Assembly (NCBI GenBank): GCA_964645535.1 | Contig: CAZYCQ010000059.1 | Span: 1-12,204 of the forward strand | DNA length: 12,204 bases | Source: an uncultured archaeon | GTDB taxonomy: Archaea; Asgardarchaeota; Heimdallarchaeia; Heimdallarchaeales; Kariarchaeaceae | Direction of reading: 5' to 3' | Shown here: one piece after another, positions 1 to 6,424 of the stretch | How positions within the stretch are numbered: the stretch's first letter is position 1 | Layout of the letters: each line of letters begins with the position of its first letter | Notes under the pieces: model-generated | Database searches by the model: none | Told to the model about the DNA's origin: nothing | The model's input: the letters and a program-made list of their open reading frames with translations, nothing else | Program-made: the position numbers and the translations under genes

Positions 1-208
1 ACTTTCATACATGTTTTTGAAGTACCTACTTCCTATGGAACCTCAAATATTTTCATATTTTTCATTAAAACTTCAAATTGAAATTTTAAATCTTCGTGAT
101 GTTATTTTCCGTTTTTTTGGAATTCTTCAATAACTAAAGAATTTCAAATCAACATTAATTGAATAAAACCTCGATATATTTTTTCCAAATTTACCCTTTG
201 ATACCGAA

Positions 209-217
209 TTATATTAA
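209..217 (+). promoter_or_regulatory. Putative archaeal TATA box for the 240..560 gene (likely leaderless transcript)
   Basis: TTATATTAA lies 23-31 nt upstream of the GTG at 240, which is typical archaeal spacing. The region is AT-rich, so this is weak evidence. Confidence 0.35.
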
Positions 218-239
218 TTAATAAATCACATCAAAACTT

Positions 240-560
240 GTGGAGTTTTACACTAATTTAGGTGAAATCCTGCAAAAGATAATAGAAAAGGCTGAAGAAG
301 ACGGACTTATCACAATGGAGGAACAGGAGCTCATTAATGTCTTGGATATTACTTTTAGAGATCTGGATCAGGCCATCAAAAATGCTCTTGAGGATCATTA
401 TCTCTCTAAACAAGAAGAACTGGTGCTTAGGGAAAAACGTGCAAAAATAATTGATGAAGCGTGGGAGGTCATTTCCAAAGATAATGTTATCAGTGAAGAT
501 GAAGCGATTCTGATTAGAACCTTACTTCAACTTATCAAGAATATCAAGGTTACTGAGTGA
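240..560 (+). CDS. Small acidic helical protein with three TerB-like D-G-x-I-[TS]-x-x-E repeats; paralogue of 1247..1567
   Basis: 106 aa, GTG start. Repeats: AEEDGLITMEEQELI / ALEDHYLSKQEELVL / ISKDNVISEDEAILI. Aligns along its length with 1247..1567. Confidence 0.75.
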   Translation: MEFYTNLGEILQKIIEKAEEDGLITMEEQELINVLDITFRDLDQAIKNALEDHYLSKQEELVLREKRAKIIDEAWEVISKDNVISEDEAILIRTLLQLIKNIKVTE

Positions 561-563
561 TTT

Positions 564-1202
564 CTATTTTACAAAATATAAATCCAATAATGAAACAATA
601 GCATCCTTTAATTCCTTTTCTGCAACTTCTCGTGATGCTCCTGATTTGATTAGTCGATCAAGTACTTCCATAAAGCTGATCAATCCACCGAAATCCGGAT
701 TTTCACCAGAAAAGGCGATTTGGAATTCCTCGATCATAGGACCTTCCTTCTCCAAATCTCCTTTTGGAACTAGGTTTCCTCCTTTTCCCTTTTTTGGAGC
801 AACTGCTTTTGGAATTCCTTCAGGCTTTTTCACTATTACTTTTGTGGCTTTTTTGCTCTCTTTCTTCTTTTTCCCATTTCCTTTCTTTACTTTTAAATCT
901 TCAAGGGATAAATTCGGTTTTCTTTCTCCTTTTTCTAAAAATTGATCTATTGTATTGGTATCTGATATATCCACTTCCTCAATGGAAAACTGAAAGCCGA
1001 GTTTTCCATTAAGTTCCTTAGCCTTGATTTCCCCCATTCTCTTGGTTGTTTTGGCAGACGATTTTCCTTTATAGATCCAAATTTTTCTATCAAAGGGGTC
1101 TTGGATAAGCAATACCCTTCTTGAATTAAACGCTTTCTTATTTGGCGTCAATTCTTCCATGGATCCGTCTGCCTTGACGTTGATCACTTGATAAGGTATC
1201 AT
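564..1202 (-). CDS. Single gelsolin-domain protein with Lys-rich linker and C-terminal helical domain
   Basis: N-terminal FNSRRVLLIQDPFDRKIWIYKGKSS...GEIKAKEL matches the gelsolin-repeat pattern (S-x-x-hhhhD...h[WY]h[WY]xG-x-x-S...A-x-x-h). ATG at 1202; alternative TTG at 1205. Confidence 0.75.
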   Translation of the reverse strand: MIPYQVINVKADGSMEELTPNKKAFNSRRVLLIQDPFDRKIWIYKGKSSAKTTKRMGEIKAKELNGKLGFQFSIEEVDISDTNTIDQFLEKGERKPNLSLEDLKVKKGNGKKKKESKKATKVIVKKPEGIPKAVAPKKGKGGNLVPKGDLEKEGPMIEEFQIAFSGENPDFGGLISFMEVLDRLIKSGASREVAEKELKDAIVSLLDLYFVK

Positions 1203-1246
1203 CAAATATCATATGTCAGTCTAGCATTTATTCTTTTAGGAAAATC

Positions 1247-1567
1247 TCATTGGTCAAACATAACTGATTTTATTAAACCACTTATCAATGCACGTTCCTC
1301 TTTAGTGATATTGAAATCCTGTGAGGATGTTTCATATGCATTCTTCAAAATCATTTTCTTGAGACGCTTAAGTTCTATTTTCTCCTCATCAGTGAGATCA
1401 CCTTTTTGAATGGTTGCCTCAATTCTTTCCCGTAATTGTTTGATGTCCATTTTCAATTGCTTTAATATGGCCATCTCATCATCTGTAATGATCCCATCTT
1501 CTAATGCAATCATCATTATGTCTGTCAGCAGATTCTGTAACTTTTCATCTTCATGGGAAAGAGCCAT
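1247..1567 (-). CDS. Small acidic helical protein with three TerB-like repeats; paralogue of 240..560
   Basis: 106 aa, ATG start. Repeats: ALEDGIITDDEMAIL / TIQKGDLTDEEKIEL / SSQDFNITKEERALI. Confidence 0.78.
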   Translation of the reverse strand: MALSHEDEKLQNLLTDIMMIALEDGIITDDEMAILKQLKMDIKQLRERIEATIQKGDLTDEEKIELKRLKKMILKNAYETSSQDFNITKEERALISGLIKSVMFDQ

Positions 1568-1651
1568 ACTTTCAACTGAAACTTCCCATTCAAAAATGTA
1601 TTCTTTCTCCCTGTAGTTTGAATTTCCTTAAAATCTATCAAAGGAAGGTAG

Positions 1652-2698
1652 TTATCGTGTATCCCTCAACAGATTCATTAGGGCTCTTGGAACATCCTCA
1701 TGTGAACTGACAGGTGCAAAACGTCCTTTTCCTTTCCGAGCCATATCTTTACATAATCGTTGTCCCCAGTCATATTTGGAGGGGAGTCCCAAAACATGAA
1801 GCTTTGGAAAACGATGGAGTTGCTTTCTTGGATCTCCTCCTCTATTGAAGACACCATCTGTCACTAAAATCGCAAATTTGTTTCGATTTCTCATTTTTTC
1901 CAGCTCTACACCTGCCATGATCAACGCTTCTGTAATATTTGTATATCCCGCACTTTCTGCCTCAAGAATACGGTCAATCAAATGGTTGATTGGCACACGT
2001 TCTCGCGCTCGCTTGATCAAGTATGGTTTTGTGTTGAACAGAACAATTGCATACTCGTCATGTGCAAGATGATATGCCATGACAGCCACAGCTAAGGCTG
2101 CTGTGGTAAACCGTTCCCCAAACAATGATCCTGAGGTATCAAAAATTAAAACCCCTGATTTTGTCTTTTCTCTTTTTTCCAACGCTACAATGTTGTCATA
2201 AGTTAAATATCCTGTTTCCATAAAGTTTTCCAAGGTTGCTTCTTCATCAAAATCATCTGCATCTGGAGAATATTCGGTCTGTATCCAGATGTTTCCACGA
2301 AGTCCTCTCCCAATGATTCCTTCTGATACTTTCAGGATGCTTCGCCGTGCAAGACGCTTGAAAATTGGTTTTGCCTTTTCACTCATTGAGCCCCGTAGCA
2401 TGAAAAACAGGTTCGGTGCACTATTGTCGCCTGAAGCTGCTCGACGTCCGAGTAATTGAAAGCCTTGTGGGCTCTCCATTGCATCGGCAACAGCTGCGGG
2501 ATTGGATATTGCCAATCCTTGGATAGCTGGCATATTTTCTACCTCAATTGCCTTTTCTGCTGAATCCCGAATAGTCATGAAATCCATTCCTTTTGATAGT
2601 TGGTGATATTTCATCGGGTTACGACGACCTCGAACTATTTCAGCTTCCAGTAACTTTTTCTTGTCCATTTTTCCTCGAAATGAGGGCATCCGCTTCAT
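1652..2698 (-). CDS. von Willebrand factor A (MIDAS) domain protein, CoxE/ChlD-like MoxR partner; frame open upstream to 2746, possibly expressed as a -1 frameshift fusion with the AAA+ gene
   Basis: Complete MIDAS motif: DTSGS (DxSxS), GYTNI (T) and LVTDG (D). Preceded by the CoxE-like segment DFDEEATLE. Adjacent to a MoxR ATPase. Confidence 0.9.
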   Translation of the reverse strand: MKRMPSFRGKMDKKKLLEAEIVRGRRNPMKYHQLSKGMDFMTIRDSAEKAIEVENMPAIQGLAISNPAAVADAMESPQGFQLLGRRAASGDNSAPNLFFMLRGSMSEKAKPIFKRLARRSILKVSEGIIGRGLRGNIWIQTEYSPDADDFDEEATLENFMETGYLTYDNIVALEKREKTKSGVLIFDTSGSLFGERFTTAALAVAVMAYHLAHDEYAIVLFNTKPYLIKRARERVPINHLIDRILEAESAGYTNITEALIMAGVELEKMRNRNKFAILVTDGVFNRGGDPRKQLHRFPKLHVLGLPSKYDWGQRLCKDMARKGKGRFAPVSSHEDVPRALMNLLRDTR

Positions 2699-2707
2699 GA
2701 GATCATC

Positions 2708-2746
2708 AGAGAGCTGGTCCCAGCTCCCTTCACTCAGAAAAAATTT
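2708..2746 (-). other. Putative -1 programmed ribosomal frameshift signal (slippery heptamers, 7-nt spacer, stem-loop)
   Basis: Minus strand reads GAA AAT TTT TTC TGA GTGA AGGGAGCTG-GGAC-CAGCTCTCT. Heptamers A_AAT_TTT (2746-2740) and T_TTT_TTC (2743-2737). 9-bp stem at 2729-2708. The -1 frame is the VWA frame. Confidence 0.78.
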
Positions 2747-3606
2747 TCATCCTCCAGGATTTCAAGGATGATATCGCTTAGAACGTCTTCAACCCGGCGT
2801 TCGATCCCATCCTCAAGTTCAACTTTAGTGGCCAATGCCATGACTCCAGCCTCAATCCAGGATTCCCTCTGTTCAACATCCATAAATCGCAATAGGCTGG
2901 CAAAATCAATTGCTCCACGTATGGAACTTCCACGTCGAAGATCTGGCCAATTGCGTGTTTGGCGTGTAATTTTCACCACAACACGGACAACATCGTCATT
3001 GGTTAATCCAGAACGAATTTTTACAATCTTTTGTTCTTCTTCCTCACTCTGATATTCCAATCGAACCCAAGCAAAACGATCTTTCAATGCCTCGCTCAGT
3101 GGTGTAGTTGCAACAAATTCTTGTGGATTCATTGCACTGATAATATAAAATCCATCAGCGCTCTTGACTGAACCCAATTTAGGAATGATGACCTGCTTTT
3201 CATCCATTGCTGAGAGCAAAACGTTTTGGGTTCCTTCCGGCATACGATTTAATTCATTCAAAAATAAAATCGCACCTTTCTGCATTGCACTTACAAGAGG
3301 TCCTACTACAAAAGATTCCCAGGTATATCCCTTTTGCATAACCATTGGCGGATCAAAATGGCCGACCAAACGTGCAGCATTATATCGTTCGTCACCATCC
3401 ACTCGCTCCAGATTCTGCGAAAAATAACTAGCTATTGCATGTGCCAAAGTGGTTTTACCAACACCAACATCCCCTTCCAACAAGAGATGTTTTCCAGCCA
3501 ACTTTGCTGCCAAACATTTCCTTAGCTCGACCTCCCTTCCTACAATATTAAAACGTGTTTGGATATCCTTGATCATTTCATCTAACTTAACCTGTTCTGT
3601 CATCAT
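2734..3606 (-). CDS. MoxR-family AAA+ ATPase (CoxD/GvpN-like)
   Basis: Walker A GDVGVGKT, Walker B variant ILFLNELNR, sensor I AMNP, Arg finger LSEALKDRF, sensor II SIRGAI. Confidence 0.92.
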   Translation of the reverse strand: MMTEQVKLDEMIKDIQTRFNIVGREVELRKCLAAKLAGKHLLLEGDVGVGKTTLAHAIASYFSQNLERVDGDERYNAARLVGHFDPPMVMQKGYTWESFVVGPLVSAMQKGAILFLNELNRMPEGTQNVLLSAMDEKQVIIPKLGSVKSADGFYIISAMNPQEFVATTPLSEALKDRFAWVRLEYQSEEEEQKIVKIRSGLTNDDVVRVVVKITRQTRNWPDLRRGSSIRGAIDFASLLRFMDVEQRESWIEAGVMALATKVELEDGIERRVEDVLSDIILEILEDENFF

Positions 3607-4153
3607 ATATCATTCCTCAAAACAAAGTAACATTCTATAATAATCAAGAGACCGTTTTTAAAAAACTCAACCTTATGAACACTCGAATTCTATAAACATT
3701 AAATTTCAAATGTAAACCCGTTCTATGATCAAAAAATAGCATTTTACCATCACAATGGTTTCTTCTTGTACGGAAAATTGATTGAACACTCCTTTATTCC
3801 GACAACTTTTCAAGTTTGTATTTATTTTTTATCCGTAATCCCAAAATCAGCTAACATGCCCTGTTTCAGCACGAATTATCGATTTTTACCCAAAACAAAA
3901 TTATTAATTCCAAATCAAAATCAAACATCGCAAAACCAATTCTTTTTTCATTAGATTGGCCTTGATAATTTAGGGTTGTTGTAATCGTACAATTCAAACA
4001 AATTGGTGAAAACTGCATCAACCTTACATCATAAATGAAAACATCCTTCAAAATTACAAAATATTTCCCGAAAAATCTAAATTGCAAAGTCAAATAACAT
4101 CTAAACATCTATTGGAAAAGCATAATCATTCAAAGTAACTCATTCAAGGAAAA

Positions 4154-4268
4154 TAGCAGGGGTGGGATTCGAACCCACGAACCTCTAAAGGACAGGATGC
4201 CTCCAAATATTTCCACTATGTGGAAATCAACTTGAGTCCCGCGCCGTTGACCACTTGGCTACCCTGCT
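4154..4268 (-). tRNA. tRNA-Leu(CAA) with a 32-nt intron at position 37/38 (intron 4199..4230)
   Basis: Acceptor stem AGCAGGG/CCCTGCT plus discriminator A; D arm GCC..GGC; anticodon stem CGGGA/TCCTG with loop CT-CAA-G^A; long variable arm; T arm GTGGG-TTCGAAT-CCCAC. No encoded CCA. Confidence 0.95.
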
Positions 4269-4314
4269 TTTATCAGGTCGTAACCTGACTCATATTGTTT
4301 AAGAGAGAAAGAAG

Positions 4315-4328
4315 TTAATAATTTTATC
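4315..4328 (-). promoter_or_regulatory. Putative BRE+TATA promoter of tRNA-Leu
   Basis: Minus strand GATAAAA-TTATTAA, a purine-rich stretch followed by a TATA-like box about 47-53 nt upstream of the mature tRNA 5' end. Confidence 0.35.
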
Positions 4329-4486
4329 TTTGATACATTGGCTTCTTTGAAACAAATTTTTGTTGCCATGTCACAAAAGATGTTAATCATTGAAATACTT
4401 CTTTTACTCTATGATCCTTTTCATCAATTATTCTTGATTAAGTGGCCAATAGGTAACCTTGATTAATGTTTCTTTTGCTAGTTAAT

Positions 4487-5095
4487 ATGTTGGATGCAGG
4501 TATAGTAATTTTGACTTCAGATTTTCGATTGGCATATAAGGTTCAATCGTTGCTTTCGGGTCGTTTTTCACGCCTTATTCACAGTGTTGATCCATCGGAT
4601 GTTCATAATAGTGATATCGTGATCACAACCTATCGAGAATTTTTGGAAAACAATTTTGATCGGGTACTTCGTTTTTCAAGCCATCGATCTGTGACATTGA
4701 CAAGTCTATTGTCCGGCATCAATTCTTTTTTCACACAACCTACTGGATTATGCCTAGTGGGTGTGGATCCAGGAAAGACAGTTGGTGTTGGCTTAATCTT
4801 CAATGGTTCTGTTTTATCGACACGAACATTTACTGATTTATATGCTTTGGTTACTTGGCTCCGGAAAGAATTATCATTATTGGCATATGAGGAGTTGATA
4901 TTCCGAATTGGTGATGGGGGTGATAAATACCATGAACCGTTAGTGGATCTTTTGTTCAAGGAATTTAGTCATTTGGGGTCATTTGAATTGGTAAATGAAA
5001 CTCGTACTTCTGTGAAAGTAGGATCCCGTTCATTGCATGAAGAAGCCGCTTTACGAATTGCCCGTCGATATGGTGTTCGAATTGAAGAACATTAA
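4487..5095 (+). CDS. RNase H-fold (YqgF/RuvC-like) putative nuclease with an extra N-terminal alpha/beta domain
   Basis: LVGVDPGKTVGVGL (hhGhDPG), FRIGDG, LVNETRTS and HEEAALRIA are YqgF-like motifs. Start could be 4466 or 4487. Confidence 0.7.
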   Translation: MLDAGIVILTSDFRLAYKVQSLLSGRFSRLIHSVDPSDVHNSDIVITTYREFLENNFDRVLRFSSHRSVTLTSLLSGINSFFTQPTGLCLVGVDPGKTVGVGLIFNGSVLSTRTFTDLYALVTWLRKELSLLAYEELIFRIGDGGDKYHEPLVDLLFKEFSHLGSFELVNETRTSVKVGSRSLHEEAALRIARRYGVRIEEH

Positions 5096-5931
5096 TCAAG
5101 TCCGAGATTGAATTTTTTGACATATTCAAGGATTTTGTAGGTGATTTTCGGGTCTTCCTCAGAAATATTTCCGACAACAATGGCTTGAGGAATATATTTA
5201 TTGCTAAGAATTGTTTTTACATCTTCTACTGATTTAATTCCTCCACCATAAATGGCATTTGGAACGATTGTCGGATAGCTATTCCCATTCATGGCTTGAG
5301 CTTCAAGAATATCTTGAATTAGATTTTTATTCATTCTTTGCTGTCCTGAGCCTGCCTCAATGTAGAACCATTTAAAAAAAGGGTCATTTCTTGCATCGAT
5401 AAAACGCTGTTTGATAGTTTCAGGATCGGGATTTGTATCTGCCTTTGTCCTTTTTGCAGCTTTTCCTCCCATTGGATGATATGCAAGTGGGTAAATTTCA
5501 GCCTTAAGAAATGGAGATAAGAGTTTTGTCAAAAATTTTGCCTTGAAAAGGAGATAATTGCTGGTTGAATTAATGGGAATAGGGGCAAAAATAAACTTTG
5601 GCCCTCTAATGAGATGTTGTGTGCTGCTTGGAAAAAGGCCAATGGCAGAATCAAAAGAATTCTTGTACTTTTCTGGAGTAAGACCTGGGATATAAGGTGG
5701 ATTATCTCTTTTTTTTATGTGGTGAAGGATTTTCTTGTACATTTTCTTGTATCTTCTTTTTGTAACGAATCGTTCTGAGGCACCCAACAAAGCAAAGTTG
5801 TCGTCTTCTATCTCAAATATTTGGTAAAATTCTTCTGAGTAAAGGTCAATTTTTGCTGGATCTGCGAGAATTCCAAGATGGACTTTCAATGTTTTTATTG
5901 AAGAATCTTGCGATTTAACTTTGGTGTTCAA
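5092..5931 (-). CDS. Geranylgeranylglyceryl-phosphate synthase family protein (PcrB/GGGPS, group II-like, divergent)
   Basis: Motifs ADPAK, LLGAS, LFPS, INS, YIEAGSG, YGGGIKS and IVVGN in the canonical order. TTG start overlaps the upstream gene. Confidence 0.85.
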   Translation of the reverse strand: MNTKVKSQDSSIKTLKVHLGILADPAKIDLYSEEFYQIFEIEDDNFALLGASERFVTKRRYKKMYKKILHHIKKRDNPPYIPGLTPEKYKNSFDSAIGLFPSSTQHLIRGPKFIFAPIPINSTSNYLLFKAKFLTKLLSPFLKAEIYPLAYHPMGGKAAKRTKADTNPDPETIKQRFIDARNDPFFKWFYIEAGSGQQRMNKNLIQDILEAQAMNGNSYPTIVPNAIYGGGIKSVEDVKTILSNKYIPQAIVVGNISEEDPKITYKILEYVKKFNLGLD

Positions 5932-6391
5932 TAAATGGAACTAGGTTTAATTCGTCTCTATCCCCTTTAATTTTGAAAATATTGTTTGTGTAGTATCTAG
6001 TCTGCTGAAGGTATTGTGGCTTATCATTCTTGATAAAGGAGACAATTATAACTTCATGTTTCTTGGCGATTTCTTTTAGAATCTTGATGGTGAACGTATA
6101 AATTCTAAGATTCAAAAATTTTTCATCTTCATTGCTCGGAAGTTCAAATAGAAGAGCAGGAATACCATAGACGATGATGGTTCTCTTTTGATTTGGAAGA
6201 ATTTTTGGTAGTTCTGTTATGAGCCTGACTAGGTTTTTCTTATTTTCTGGCCTAAAAATGGTAGTATCCCTGATAGTTATCATTTTGGTACAATCAATGA
6301 TCATGCAAGGATTTTCTGCCAATTTGCAGATTCGTTTAACGATCCAAGCCAATGGTGTTTTTCCAAAAATCACTTTGAAGTTGTCTTTCAC
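5915..6391 (-). CDS. Minimal, degenerate RecA/RadB-fold protein (probably ATPase-dead)
   Basis: Strand/helix order resembles RadB: VIFGKT (collapsed Walker A), CMIIDC, TIIVYGI (Walker B position without Asp), LKEIAKKHEVIIVS, TNNIFKI. GTG start preceded by the SD-like GAGGGT. Confidence 0.55.
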   Translation of the reverse strand: MKDNFKVIFGKTPLAWIVKRICKLAENPCMIIDCTKMITIRDTTIFRPENKKNLVRLITELPKILPNQKRTIIVYGIPALLFELPSNEDEKFLNLRIYTFTIKILKEIAKKHEVIIVSFIKNDKPQYLQQTRYYTNNIFKIKGDRDELNLVPFIEHQS

Positions 6392-6424
6392 ACCCTCAGA
6401 TTGACTTATGCAATAAAATATTTG

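Noticed and set aside
1-40. Possible start of a minus-strand gene at the left edge (ATG at 8 or 12) and small inverted repeat GAAGTA-CC-TACTTC (19-32)
   Set aside because: Too little sequence in the window to support either.
2708-2729. Hairpin after the moxR stop as an intrinsic terminator
   Set aside because: No following U-tract on the coding strand, it lies within the open VWA frame, and its 7-nt distance from the slippery site fits a frameshift stimulator better.
646-3640. Plus-strand ORFs 646..945, 764..1012, 1188..1409, 1410..1616, 1504..1710, 1845..2072, 2768..3052, 3164..3427, 3334..3525 and 3449..3640
   Set aside because: Antisense shadows of well-supported minus-strand genes, with no motifs.
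3766-4108. ORFs 3766..3954 (+) and 3866..4108 (-) in the long intergenic gap
   Set aside because: Short, mutually overlapping, with composition typical of translated AT-rich non-coding DNA and no motifs.
3607-4153. Possible integrated-element att site or CRISPR array next to the tRNA-Leu 3' end; short tandem copies AACATCTA (4096-4111) and TCATTCAA (4126, 4140)
   Set aside because: No duplicated tRNA 3' end, no integrase and no regularly spaced long repeats. The short repeats are plausible by chance.
5915-5945. Frameshift fusion between the RecA-like and GGGPS-like genes
   Set aside because: +1 phase overlap with a usable TTG start, no slippery heptamer or stimulator, and functionally unrelated domains.
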